Positions 26,006 through 39,081 of a stretch of 49,452 nucleotides of DNA are shown here, piece after piece. The notes beneath the pieces were generated by a model. The model was not told the DNA's origin and ran no database searches. It saw only the letters and a list, made by a program, of their open reading frames with translations. This DNA is from Psammoneis japonica. Lineage: Eukaryota. The position numbers and the translations under genes are program-made. The stretch spans positions 1 through 49,452 of the forward strand of contig QPGO01000347.1 in assembly GCA_008632985.1 (NCBI GenBank), read 5' to 3'. How positions within the stretch are numbered: position 1 is the first letter of the stretch; each line of letters opens with the position of its first letter.

Positions 26006-26386
26006 TCATTTGTGTTGTCATCCATTTCCTCATTAAAAGGTCTTTCGGTTGTTTCGTTCATTTGTCCTTTACCTTTTTTCTTTTTATCTCCTTTGCGTGG
26101 AGAAGTGTTTTTCTTTCCGCCGGTGCTTCTGCGTTTGGCACCTGCCATTGTGCGATTTTTTTAGCTTGTTGATTGTTCGTGCGTGCGAGTTATGGGGATC
26201 GTTGGTTGCAACACAAACGACACCGCCGAGCGAGAAGCAAAGCAGTGAGTAGTACGAGTCTTCACAAAAGCATGGTTCGTCCTTCAACCGATAGGTTCAC
26301 TCCAACTTGGACTTTTCTCTGACGACTCGCTCGCAGATCGCAGATCGCAGCAAAACGAAGAGCTTAGCGATAGAGTGAAGATAAAG

Positions 26387-28294
26387 ATGCCCGACGACGA
26401 ATCTCCTCCTGGAATAACGACCGCTGCCCCTGGTCGACAGTTGAAACTTCCAGTAGGTCGTTTAGCGCAACCGGATGAAGATGTTTTCGTATCTCTCAGC
26501 GATACCGTTGAGAAGCTGGAGACACTGATGGCGGATGCCGCGAAGAAAGGTGGTAGAATTGTTTTTATTCGGGCACCCGTCGGAAGTGGAAAGTCAACTC
26601 TTGTTAAATATCTTACAATGAAGCATAGCGACCAGTTTGTAAGCGTTCGCCCCGCGACTTCGGCGAAAAATTGGTACAGGAGCGCCATCAAAGCCAGCGG
26701 CCTAGATCCGACAACTAGCGACATCGCCGACGCGCTGCAGGCCATCGCAACAATGGGCAAGACAATTGTCATCGACGAAGCGCATAGTCTGTTTGCGTGG
26801 CCAGAAGTGGTGGCTGACTTCTTCAAATTTACGGAGCATAACCAGCCCCCACTCAGATATCTTCTTTTTTCCGCTTCCGGCTCTGCTGTGGACAGCAAAG
26901 GAAAGACTATTGCAACGCCGGGCGAAATTAGACAGAAATACCTTTGGTACCCTCCTCAACCGGATGCGGATCAATTGAGCCAAGATCTGGTGGAAGCCGA
27001 AAAACCAATTTACCTCGATTCCGACTCCGTCCGTTTCTTTACCAAGCTCTGCGGTGGCCATCGTGGGATCTTTATGGAAGCCATGGGCTGGGTCCAGGAA
27101 TGCCAAGACAATACTCCAGACAAACTAGAAAACACAAGTTGGCGCATAAGAGATAGCGTTTCACACGTCCGCCGATCGTTTGAGGATAGCCGCTTGGGAG
27201 GACGCAAGGCGTGGAACACCGGTTTGCGGGCGGCATTCAAGCAAAGTCGCGCCGTACGAGTGAATGGCGAGTTCGCCATACTAGGGAAAATTCCGGCAGA
27301 ATTCGGACTTGTTTTGTACGGCGGGCCCAAAAGACGTGCCGAGCTGAATGGCAAGGAGCGCGATTTGACCATCAACGGCTTTTTGTTTCCCGAGCGCCAG
27401 AGTACCAATGAGGAGTTCGTCGCTTTCGACTGGATGGATCCCTTGGTGCTGTATGGGGTCCCGAATCCTATAATGGCCGAGTATTACGGTGACATTTTAC
27501 CACTCGAGGTGGAAACCTACAAGCGTGAATTGGTAGAAGACTTGAAGAAACCGGTTTCTGCTGCTGACCTGATAGCCCGCGCCCTTCCGTACATGACATT
27601 GTCCGTCGTAGTGGGCGTCCCAATTTCAAGAGGTAACAAGAAACTAAGCGATCCGCTCTCGGTAAATGCGCTGCCGTACGAAGACGATTACAACCGCGCC
27701 ATGGCGGAAATACTCAGAAATCAAATGGATTACATTGTATCAACTCCTCTAGATGAAAAAAAGGGAAAGACCGACATAGTCGTGTCCTATGAAGACGACA
27801 CCACTTGCGCAATCGAGTCTATCATGTCATACCAACGCCCGGTATGTGTAATGCTTTGACTTTAAGATACGCAGTGCTTGGTGTTATTGTCACTTTCTCA
27901 TTATCCTTTGTCCTCTCATATGAATCTACAGGGAGCCCACGAAGAGCATGCTGGTCGATTTTTTATTCATGAAAAAGCAAACTACGCTGACGCGAAACAA
28001 AAGGCCCTCGTCATCATTGGTGACAAGGCAGCAAACGTGAAAGACCGCATCCAACATGTCTCAGAAGTGTTGAAGAACAAAAAAGGCATCGTTGAAATTA
28101 TTGGTCTTTGTGTTTCTCTAAATCATGACAGCTATGAAATGTATCTGGAGGGGGCTGAAAAACCTCTGTTCTTTGTGTGCGATCGAGTTGCCAAATGTCT
28201 GGAAAAAGACGATATGGGACGGTTCAAGACTGCGCAAGTTTGTTCCCTTGAATCTTCTGAACACGCGCAGAAGAAACAAAAGGCGTCAGGTTAA
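26387..28294 (+). CDS. P-loop NTPase fused to a C-terminal PD-(D/E)XK restriction-endonuclease-like domain (Crinkler/CR NTPase+REase architecture), ~605 aa; intron 27842..27931
   Basis: Walker A RAPVGSGKST, Walker B IVIDEAH, LCGGHRG. The C-terminal YEDDY...GKTDIVV...CAIES...EEHAGRF...Y resembles CR-REase motifs. A GTATGT donor and CTACAG acceptor join ORF 26375..27859 in frame with ORF 27878..28294. Unmutated composition. Confidence 0.8.
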
Positions 28295-30593
28295 AGTGTG
28301 CCTTTCAGTTTGAAGAAAACGCACACAAAATGCTCGATTCATTGAATCATCTACAAAAATGCATGATCATCGTTTACGTCTTCACTTCGGTAGGTATGAC
28401 AGTACGACGCAAAGATTTAAGTACTCTGAATGTTTTATGGCTGCCCTGTCCAGAGAGGACTTTGTTACAGTCAGGCGCCCCGATAGTAGTACGTAGAACT
28501 AAATATGCAGAGTAGAATCAATAGCTTGCTCACCGCGACGGGTGGAACCCGGGGGGAGCCACAGCTACATTTTGGCCAAGAAATTCAACGGTCTACTGTC
28601 GGGAAACTTGACAGTAAAAACGTATTTGCACTTAAAGTAACAAAGTTGGGAGTGTATTTTTTGGAGACGCGCCAGATCTTTCGTCGCGCCATGTAGAACA
28701 TTTTGGTCAACAATTGCGATGTTAAAAAAAATGCTTGAGTCAAACAAAGAAAAAATTCGAATGGTGCCAATTCGGTCCGAAGAAAAGGTCAAAATGCGTC
28801 CTCGCGAACGGTTTCCGCGCTCCCCATCCTCTTTCTCCATCGCGCAAAACGAGACAGACGAAGCCACGGCAGCAACGGGAAATTGACGAAAAGCATTTGT
28901 GCGATTGACTGCCCAAGCAAAGACATTCTCTCAACAAGCAGTTGGAGCAAAGACGAAAGCGACGAGTCCCAGTGCCTCCTTCAAGCATGCTTTCACCTTT
29001 TCACTCACTGTTTTTTTTCTCGTCATTGTTTTGTTTCTTGGGCTCTTCAACAGAGCCAGAGGTGTGCTTGCGAAACCACTGTCAGTGTCTCAAGGTTGTT
29101 TCCACTCATCTCAACAATGCACAGGTTGCAATCCCTCCAGCATCATTGGGCAAAAACACCCTGGAGGTTTGTGTTGCTGTGCCAGCAATCTTGTGCCAAG
29201 CATTTTGTCAGCCAAGGCCTTGTTGGAAATTTTGTTGGGATGAGAAAACAAAAAAAACTTGGATGGACCATTGAGTTTCCAACAAAAGCTTGCCTTGACA
29301 ATTGCCCCACTTGTCTTGCTGGATGACAAAAAATGCCATCGTTTGGACAACATGGGTGGTTTCTCTGGCTCCCACCAAACAACAACTCAAGCAAGCCTTT
29401 TATGAGCAGCAATGGCAGGCACATCATCTCCCTCTGTCTGCATCAGGACCATCTGTGACAAATCCATTGGTGCTGGAAGAGACGGCTCATTTCCGTCAAG
29501 CTTCTTGGGAACACAGAAGCCATTGTGGAATGTGCTGCCTCAGGATTGCATGGCGCACCCATTTCACATCACACCAAGGAACTTTGCAGCACTTTTTTCA
29601 TGGAGATGTGTCAATGCATGCAGACACCATGGCTTGCAGTGCAGGAAACACCAACATTGTGGGCACAAACAGTGCTCTGCTTGAAACGGCACCACAAGAC
29701 TTTTCCTGAGCACAGCCTGAACAGCACAAGGGCACATGTTGCAGTCAAAACTCAAATTTTTCGAATGTGTTTTATGGACAACAACAACAGCAGCATCCAC
29801 TGCCACAGCAGGAACAGCACCACTTGCCACAGTGGCAGCACCAACAACAAACAGCAAACCATTGGATGACTCAATCCATCGTGACTGAGCCCTCCTTTGG
29901 AAATCCCTCTTTTGCACTGCCACAGAGTTCAGAGTCATGAAAATTATGGGACCATTCTGCATTGTCCAGTCAACAGCATTGCTTGCAGAAAGGCTCACAA
30001 AACTGCTTTCCATTGAGCTGTCCAATGGCCCAACCAAATGGTCCACAAGTTGCGCACAGTCCCCAGCAACCACTTCACCACCAAGACATGCCATTGCAGC
30101 AGAAACAAGAAAGGGACAGACCAACTGATTGAGATGTCCATTTCATTTCCAGCACTTTTTAATTGCATGTGTTGGACCTTTCCTTGTGTGCAAAGCTCTG
30201 TTCTTGATCTGAGCCAAGCGCATCTGTTTGGAGCGCCCCTCTCATCTGACAACCATGCAACAAGACCATCCACCTCAGAATCAAACTCAACCAGCATGGA
30301 GGCATCTGGACAGAGTGTTTTCAATGATTCTTCAGTCTTCAAAAAGCAAAGCTCTCTCAAAACTGAAGCAGCACCCATGCTCTAGTCTCACCCATTGCAG
30401 CATCAAACATTGCAGGAGATTCTCCGCCGTTTGTTGAGGCTGCAATGACATCCTCACAACAATGCCTTGCCATGTTGACATGGAGCCAATCATTGGCATT
30501 GGTTGGAATCAATGCATCCCAAAAAAGTGAACCCAAGTCCAAATTCCATGTGCAAACCAACCCGGGTGTGTCAAGGGTGGCAACAATGCTTGG
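27548..30593. repeat. Block Y copy 1 (3' part of the NTPase gene plus downstream region D), duplicated at 46081..49452
   Basis: Direct collinear alignment from 'ggtttctgctgctgac' to 'aaagtgaaccc...aacaatgctt'. Confidence 0.9.
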
Positions 30594-30889
30594 TGACATG
30601 GCCACGACATCACGAGCCTTTGTCGTGCAAGACGATGAGCAAATGTTGTGAGGCACCACAACAAAGATCTGTCATCAACAAGTCAACTTGCAATGCAGCA
30701 CAATGTTGAAGAATTGTTGGCAGCATCTGATGCAATGACAGAGTTGCCAACAGCATGGACAAGTTTGCAAGACCTGTGACCAGGCATTGCCGCCAGAAAG
30801 TCAAGTTTTCCTGCTTCTTCTTTGTGAGGTGCATCAGCAGAGGGCAACACTGCTGTTGCCAGAAACAACAGAAACATGACAAAATGCAT
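29900..30889 (-). pseudogene. Possible decayed gene for a secreted protein
   Basis: Signal-peptide-like start (MHFVMFLLFLATAVLPSADA) followed by protein-like fragments in shifting frames, partly conserved in the 48800..49452 copy. No family recognised. Confidence 0.3.
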
Positions 30890-32121
30890 GTTTGGTTGAC
30901 TTCAGCTCCACAGTGCAGCTCTCCAGCCTGTCTTTGATCTTTTTTGTCACACAGTGGCTGCCTGTCACCCAGAGCTTCCTGGTTGGTGGTGCGCAACATT
31001 TTGAGGCTTGTTCTTGGACTGCACAGAAATTTGTCAACAACCCCTCTCCATGGTCAAGATTGTCAACAAATGCATGTTGACAGGGTGCTCATGCCACCAC
31101 ATGAAATTTTCAGCATGTCACCCTTCAATGCTGTGAAGATGCTGCCCCCCAAAACCCGCTGCCACTCAGCACACTCCGGGCATTGTTTTGTTGACCTTGC
31201 CAAGGCTGTGCCTGCTGTGCATGTCAGATGATGGAATGCTGCTGTTGATGCTTTTTGTTGAGGGTGCCTTGCATGTGCACAGCTGCCCTGTGTTGTTTGC
31301 ATGTTGGGCCCAACATGATTCCTCCACTTGGGGAAAAATGGCTGGCGCTGATGCTGGCTCACAATTTTTATTTTGCTGCTCTCCTTTCCACAAAAACCAG
31401 CAGCAAGAAGAAAAGCAAGAGTCAGACAAGGCAGCCTCCTCCCACAAATCATGGGATTGACACCTTTGGCAGAGCACCCTGTTTGTCTTGGTGCGCAACG
31501 CCAGAGACTTGCTGTTGGCGGCAGTGGCCAATCTCTCACTCACAAACTCCCAAGCAGCCAACGGCATCTTGAGCCCAACCTGCTTGCTCTGAAGCCCTTG
31601 CAGCTTGCAAGAAAAGCAACAAGAGGACATCTCAAACAAACATCAGCTGTCAAGCTCTCCATTGGTCTCTCACTTTCTTGCAAAACGACGTCCGTCCCCC
31701 ACCCATGCCGGCACACACAAAAGAAATCCAACATGCCACACCGCCCGGCACTACATACAGTACATACAGTGCGAGCCGACAGATGGACGAAAAAAGAACT
31801 GTCATGCTTTTTAAGAAAGCACGACTAAATGTTCTGTGAAGATTGTCTTTCATATAAAATCACGTCCAAACTGAAGTAGATTGGACACCAAAATGACTCT
31901 CGCCGGCATGGCATGCCAGTTCTTCTTCTGTCTGGTGGCGGTTTTTGATGGGTATTGAGTCGAATCAAGAGAGCTTCGATCACCTCTGTGCTTGTTTCAG
32001 GTTCAATTGATGTGCTATACCAGAACAACGCGATTGCCACCGTATTCTAAGGAATTCTAAGGAACACACGGAGCATCAGAAGACAATCACCAGAATTAAA
32101 ACAGCGTAGGGCTCTGAAAAT

Positions 32122-34242
32122 ATGTACCGGTATGATGCAAAACGTTCCTTGGCGGTGTGTTTCGCACTTCTCGTCATTCTTGGAGTTGTGGTGCGCTTCA
32201 ATGTCGACAGCGACGTTAACGGGGTTTCGGATATACTGAGCCTTCGATCTACTGTCGATAGGCAAGGAAAAAAGATAAAAAAGCTCGTGAACTCAAACTG
32301 CGTTTACAGCGTTTCAGCGTTTGATCGTACGGGTCAAAGGCAGTCCGAACCACTTTCCAACAGCTGTCTCGAGTCCAATGCCGACCTGTTGACACACCTT
32401 GTGGCGCAATCCGGTGCCGACGTCGATGATCCGAACGCCACCGCCGTCATCGCGATCAGCGTCGTTGATCGTCAAGAAATTCAGATGATTGAATCACTAG
32501 CACTCCTCGCTGACGAGTTTCTTACGCCAGTATGGACTGGCGCATCATGGCGGAGCGCTTCTTAGTAGACAAGGCGGGGGCTCTGACTCGGATGAATCTG
32601 GGAACACCACGGGCAGTGATGTTATGGAGGCAAAACCTACCGTTGAAAAGTCAAGACTCTTGTTGGACCCGGCGGCGTATGCACCGGCTGAAAGCGGAAC
32701 TTTCGCAGACCCTTTCATCTCTGCAATCCGTGCCCTTCGTAATGATGAGAGTGGCGGATTGTTGCGCGAGAACAGGAACGCTGCCTCGGTCGGAAAGCAC
32801 AATTCAAACTTGATGGAGGAATTGATTCATGTCGATTTGATTCTCGTTCGGGTCTTGGAGGAGAAATTGGCAGCTTTTTCCAATGCCTTGAGACGCTTTC
32901 AGTTCCCAAAACCACTTCCGATGATGAAGGCGAGGATAGTGAGTGTGCCGCCAGTATGGCAATTAATCATGGCCGAACATGGGTCAAATACGGCGGCCCA
33001 ACGGACTTTCTTGGAGCGTGGACCACGACCAGTGCCAGTTCGCTTACCGAATCCATCGCAAAGGGCTTTCCCTTTATCCGCGTCTCACCTGTTCAGTGGG
33101 CACGAACGTACCATTTTGATACCTGCAGTGCCGAAACAGTTGCTGCAATTGATCCTGAACTTGGTATTGTGAATGGCTTGGACTGCGGCTTTCTTCCCAT
33201 TTACGGTGGGACCTGCCTACGTGACCGAGTCGATCCCTCGCTCAAGTGTATGAGCGAGTTTAAGATGGGGAGCCTCAGTCATGTCGTCCTTCCAAAGAAT
33301 GGCATCCCAGAGGAGGTTTGTCAGTCAAGCCACGAAGAAGCCCCGCCATACACTGCAACTACCCTTCATGGTTCCTATGCTAAGCCATTCTTCGAGTGGT
33401 GCCCATCGTGTATGGCATTTGGCTATAAAGGCAACCGGACGATCACTCCGAAACTCTTGTCGAATCCGTCAGCACCTATGGGCTTTGGCGAGTTGAACAA
33501 GGCGGACATGGCGACCATCAACACAAACATGCCTACCTGCGGAATGGAGCTCAATGACCTCTCGTGCGGTGACGACGGCAGACCATGCTGTTGGAGCGAA
33601 GTGAAAATTTCGCAAGATGTCCTTGGGAGCCACAACGGAACTGCTGAAAAGATACCACGGGCATTTTACCCCAGTATCTTCAACCTGTATCTTGTCCGTT
33701 TCAATCGGTCTAGTAGGAATCGCATCGCCCGCCTTTATCATCCACGCTTGTCAGCCATGATTGCTCGCGGGGTTGGATGGGAGTCAGCCTTGGCAACCGG
33801 ACGCTGCGCGACTCTGCACATTCGTCGAGGCGACAATATGGACCGGTGCAAGAGTGGAGAGAAATTCTTTTGTAGCATGAACCTAACGCTTGCGGACTAC
33901 ATGGAGAAGGCCGCACCAATGCTCGACCAGCTCGGTGATGCCAAGCACGTCTTTGTCATGACGGACGATCCGGCCGTTGCCGATAAGAAGCGACAAGCAC
34001 CCTTTCTGAACGATGGATATTTCATTGAGGTCATTTCTGGATATAATCAGTATAGCGAGGAGACCTACAATGACTGGGACCCGTTCATTGAGAGTCTCCA
34101 CGGAGCCCAGTTTTGCCGAGCCCTTGTTGGGCTCCACATTTCGACGGTTTCCGCGCTTGTCTTTAGAAGCATTTGCGTGAGATGGGGCGAGTGCCCCTTG
34201 ACTGACGACTTTAGTGGCAGACGTGGCGTTGCCTGGCAGTGA
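32122..34242 (+). CDS. Fucosyltransferase-like paralog, copy 4; three apparent 1-nt deletions (~32529, ~32580, ~32905)
   Basis: ORFs 32122..32565, 32624..33172 and 32956..34242 are collinear with copy 2. HIRRGD/FVMTDD motifs are intact, Tyr codons are retained and composition is unmutated. Confidence 0.75.
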
Positions 34243-37200
34243 CAGAAATGTGATCCCACTCCTTCTGCACATCATGGAGATTTGCTTTGGTTTTCGTCAA
34301 CCGTTTCCCTGCAATTGTTGCGGTCACGGCACTGCCTCTGTGGTGAGACTTTGGGAGAGTGGAGGCCAGTCACTCTCACAATTGCAAACTTGTGTGTTGC
34401 CAGCTAAAGAGGCCAACTCATTTAACAACGACGCAGTTTTGAATGTTGAGCATGACACCACAGTTGCGTCGCTCACGTGCCGTCATTTATACGGACACGT
34501 GTCGATCCTCGTTTAGCTGACGGCAAACACACGCCTTTTTCTCAGACTGTCTGTTTAGGCCACAGTCCAATCTAAAAGGGATGATGCAGTGAGACAATGT
34601 GTCATCTGAGAGTTGACGGGGTTGCGTCAAAAGAGCAAAGCAGCATGGTGTGTCTGGGGTGGGGGGTCACCACTTGGCGGCTCCAAATGTGATGTTCGCG
34701 CCACTCCCATTGGCACCACTGTTCCACTCACCAAATTGTGGCCTGATGGTTTTCATCATTGTCTTTGGACCAAGAATGTCACACCATCTGAATGCTGCCC
34801 CTTGACTGTGGCAATTGGACAAGTTGGTGGTTTTCGTGCATTGAGTGCGTGCTTGGTTTTGTTTTGTTTGGGCATGAGCTTTTTTGGCTGACAAAAGCAT
34901 GCAAAGTTTTGCTCAAATTGTTGCACGGACATTTTTCTTGGGCACCTCTTTCTGACACCACCAAGCACCAAGAATTTGCCATGGTTTGATCCCACAACAT
35001 CTCTCATGTCAAGATTTTCAAACACACGCAGCTCAATGAGGGCACATGAATGCCCAGCTTGTTGCACCCAAACAATGAATGTTTGCAGTGCATGCAAAAT
35101 GGCAAACCAGCCAAAGCTGAAAAAACAGCCATTGACAAGTTTTGCTTCAGAGCCAATCCTTTGTGGGAATGACTTTGTTTTTGTGCTGTGAAAGGCACTT
35201 TTCTTTGAAGCTTTTGTCCCTGGTGTCAAAACAGCAGTGCTGCATTTTGACTTTTCTCTTCATTTGAGGCTGCTCACAAAACAAGATCATGGGTGCAGCT
35301 GCTGCATCCATGAGTGGCAGAGACATTTCCACTGCTCCAGCAGCTGCAAATCAGGATCTCAGTCAACTCCATGAGGTTGGTGCTTCCAACACCAAGGTTG
35401 TGTTTGTGCCCAAATGCCAATTTGATTCTTGTTGTGTGAGCCTTGTTGGAGCAAGGCATTTTTGCACCACCCCCTGTCTCTGAAGAAGAGCATGTCCCTG
35501 AGCTCACCATGGAGCACACTTGTGCTGTTGCCACCAATCCTTTGTTGGGTGGTAATTTTTGAAGTGCACCGCATCTGACAAATGACCTCAAGCATCAAAC
35601 ATTTCAGCATGTTTGCAGTTCTCACCATGCCATTGTTCCTGAGCATGAGCTTTGAGTGTTTCCACCTGTCACAGCTGCAAGAAGCTGTCTGCAAGGCCTC
35701 AACAGCATGGCACCAGCAAGTTCAAATGGTTGGGTTGGCCCTGCACTCTTGGTGTGTTTGTTGTTGCACCAGTTCCCAGCACCCCAATGGGCACTTTGTT
35801 TTTGCTGCACCAGTGCAAGCACATTGTTTGCACTCAGCACATCATCCATCATTTCCTGTTTCTCTTTTGCAGTCTTTTGATTTGTTGCAAGGTCTGCGGG
35901 AGCAACACTCAAAAAGATGCGCTTGCACTCACTCTCTGAAACCAACAAACCTGCAATTGATGAACCACATCATGCACTGCACAGCACAAGGCACAAATTT
36001 TGGCATCAAACTTTGGCGCCAATTGGCCATTTGCCAATGGCAGGTGCTCTCCAAGGCCGCCCAGAATGTGATGTCCTGTGGGAGCAGTGCTGCAATGGTG
36101 TGTTGTCAGATGCAAAGTTGCTGTTTCAAAACATGGCTCACAACAAGGCAAAGTGTGTTTGCTCCTCTTTGACATTCAAGAGCAAGAAAAAAGTTCTGGT
36201 TCTTCAATGGGCAAACATTTTTTTCATGGCTTTAACCCACTGCAATTAAGATGTTTTGAGGTGCTTGGTGAAGTGCTTTAAAGACTTGCCTCATTTCAAG
36301 CACCTTTGCTCATGTGCTGAATTTTTGAAGGCAAGCAAACATCCGCAAAGAATGCTGCTGCTAAATTGCAATTGCGTGTCACAGTTGTGTTGGTTGTGTG
36401 CTTGATTTGCGCAGATGGGAGACTCCTGCCACTGCTGACCCCCCACTCAAGATTGCAAAGCTGCGCTGCTGCCCATTGATTTGGCATCTTCAAAGCACTT
36501 TGAAGTTGGCCCTGAACAGGGCCTGCTGGAACATGACAAGTTGGCCAAGTTCTGTGGGTTTTCACCTGCTGCTGCAACTCACTCAGTGAGTTGTTGAGTG
36601 TGTTCTCCATCCATTGCCTTGACATTGGCCATGCTGTCATGACTCCATCCAAGTCTGCCTCTGCTCCTGCCCCACTCCATTGCTCTGCTTTGAAAGGTGT
36701 TGCCAAGCACATTTCTTGTCCCAAGCATTGGAGATCATCCAGCTGCAAGAAACAAATGTGCAATCTGAATTTGCCCCAACATCTTTTTCTTGGACAACTT
36801 GTCACTGATCTGCATGTTCTTCCTGCTCTTTCTGCTGACATTTGCTTGCAGCAACTGCTTGCTCTCTTGGACACAGCCCTGGGCCAGTCTGGGTGGAGAT
36901 GGCTCACTCACAGCTGATGTGCAATGCCCCATGCTTGGCAGAATGATTGTGAGTTTTGTGTGCACACATTCAAAATGTTGCTCATTTGTTCCACACATTT
37001 TCTCATGCAAGGGGTGACATTTCAAGCATCCTCTGGCATGGTGCTTGCTTTTCATCATGACCACACACTGCTCTTACAGACCAGCTCATCATCTGCTTCC
37101 AACTTGCATCTTTTTCTCAGCAGTGCAGCTGCTGCTCAAACAGTGGGTTTTGAGGGTGGTGCCTGAAGCCATCCAGCTGTGTGGGTTTTGGGGAAAAGGC

Positions 37201-39081
37201 ATCTGCTGCAAGCACCAGCAAAGCCATCTCCACTCCAACTCAGAACTTCTGCCAGCAGTTGTTGCGTGCACACAGGCCACACCTGAGCCACCCTGCTTTT
37301 GGGGTTGCCATGTGCAGGCTGTTGTTCACAAAGCAAACAACCACCAAAAGCAACATTGTGACATCTGGCAAAGGCAACTGCAATGAGGTCAAAGCATCAA
37401 AAACACTTGTGACATGCTTGCCAAGAAGGGTGCACATTGAACACATGCCATTGGCTCCTCCAATCTGGCAGGGCTGTGGGGTTGGTTGTCACAACAACCA
37501 AAGCTTTCCTTCCACTCTCCTGTTTCTGGAAATTCAGCAGCAAAGAAAGATGAAAAAATCAATCTGTGTGGCCCATTTTAAATCACAGGGGTTGACTTTG
37601 GTGTGTGACATCCTGCATCTTTTGGCACAAAGAGCACTGCTGGACATCATCAACATTGCAGGATGGCCTTGTTGAAACTGCTGCAGCTTGAGCACGACTG
37701 ACCAAAGAACAGAGAAATGTGGACAAGCCCTTGAAGCACAACAAATTGCCAGCTGTCCCTCCCTTAGACAGCTGTTCTTCTTGGGGCAGGGGCACTCAAG
37801 ACAGACCACCAGAGCATCCACAATGGCCCAGACTTTGCAGCTTTCAAGAAGAAAGTCAAAAACATTTTGCATTCCAACACAATGTCATGCCAGGTTGTGT
37901 CTTCACAACAGGTTGTGCCACTGGTTTTGACACAAAATCTGGGGCACTGCTGAGAAACCATCTGGAAAATGTTGACATGACAGCCTTTGTGAAAAATCAG
38001 CTTCAACACACACCCCTTGTCTTGGCTGCAATTTTTGTCCCCTTGCACATGTGTCACATCAAGCAGGGGCAGAGCTTTCACAGTTTGAACATTGCAGTTT
38101 GGGTTTTGCAAGTGCTCTCATGCATGCAGCAGCCACTGCTCACTTCTTGACCAGCTTGTTTCTGGGTTTGCACCCTGCATCATTTCTTGGGTTGCCATGA
38201 GCAGAGCCCACCGCATCAGCCTTTGCTGGCACAGAAATGAGGCACAGGTGGCAACTGCCATGGAGGCAAGGGAGAAGAGGTTGTTGGCCCTGAACGTCAT
38301 TCTTTGTGGTTGGCAGCAGTGTTGCCCAGCAGCCCAAAGAGATGAGATGGAAGCCACACATGATTTCATGTTCTTTGGGGGGCGCTCTCCTCTGCACCAC
38401 CCAGTGGCACAGCATGGATGACAGATGGTGCAGTGGAGCAAAATTGGGCTCTGGTCAATGAAGCAGCAAGCTGTGCATGTGGTTTCACAGAGGCCCAGCA
38501 TTGGATGGTTGGTGAGGGACTTGGCGTTGGCAAGGCTGAGGCTTTGCAAGCCTTGTCACATGCTCCTGGGGGGTGGCAGCATGGTGGGTGATGCCAAAAA
38601 GGGCAGATGTGGCAGTGGGGAAGAGGCCTGGTGGGGAAAGCTGGGCATGGGCACAGGCAGTGTGTGTGGATGGATGCTGCAGAGCAGGCAGGCTGGGATG
38701 GGATGTTCTCTTGTCAAGATCCAAAGAGAAGGCAGCAAGCAAAGCAGTGGGCTTCTTTTCATTTTGCATTCACAATCAAATGAGTGCAGAAGAAGCACAA
38801 CCAATTGTGTTTGATGAAGAGTTCCTGGACAGTTTTCTCATGTGCATTGAAGCAAATTGGACACCAAAATGACCCTCCATTGTGCCTGAAAGGTGAAAGG
38901 CATTCTGTTTTTGGTGGTTGGCATTGAGCAAATCAATGAGAGTGGCAATTGCTGCCAGTGCTCATTTCAGGTTCAAGTGTCTGCCTTGCCAGAACAAAGC
39001 AATTGCCGCCATGTTTCTGAGGAGCACACAGAGCATCAGAAGATGTTCACCAGAATTGAGACAGTCAAGGGTTAAAGAAAC
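34243..39081. repeat. Decayed spacer block S, copy C
   Basis: Collinear with 3626..9382 (lacking the 1-kb insert). Like copy A, it ends in the GT upstream module. Confidence 0.9.

Larger units (their letters stand above)
18113..26197 (-). mobile_element. Full-length non-LTR retrotransposon (LINE; APE-RT-RNase H-CCHC, Ambal-like diatom clade), ~8.1 kb, inactivated
   Basis: 14-bp TSD ATCGTTGGTTGCAA at 18099..18112 and 26198..26211. Short ATTG(A/G)-repeat 3' tail next to the left TSD. ORF1 and ORF2 domains are listed below. The clade call is inferred from domain order. Confidence 0.9.

Noticed and set aside
26284..26898. 204-aa minus-strand ORF and other antisense ORFs over the NTPase, GT and LINE genes
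   Set aside because: Shadow ORFs of recognisable genes on the opposite strand, with no motifs.
26387..28294. NTPase-REase as the enzyme causing the TpA mutations
   Set aside because: It has no deaminase (HxE...PCxxC) or methyltransferase motif, and proximity alone is not evidence.
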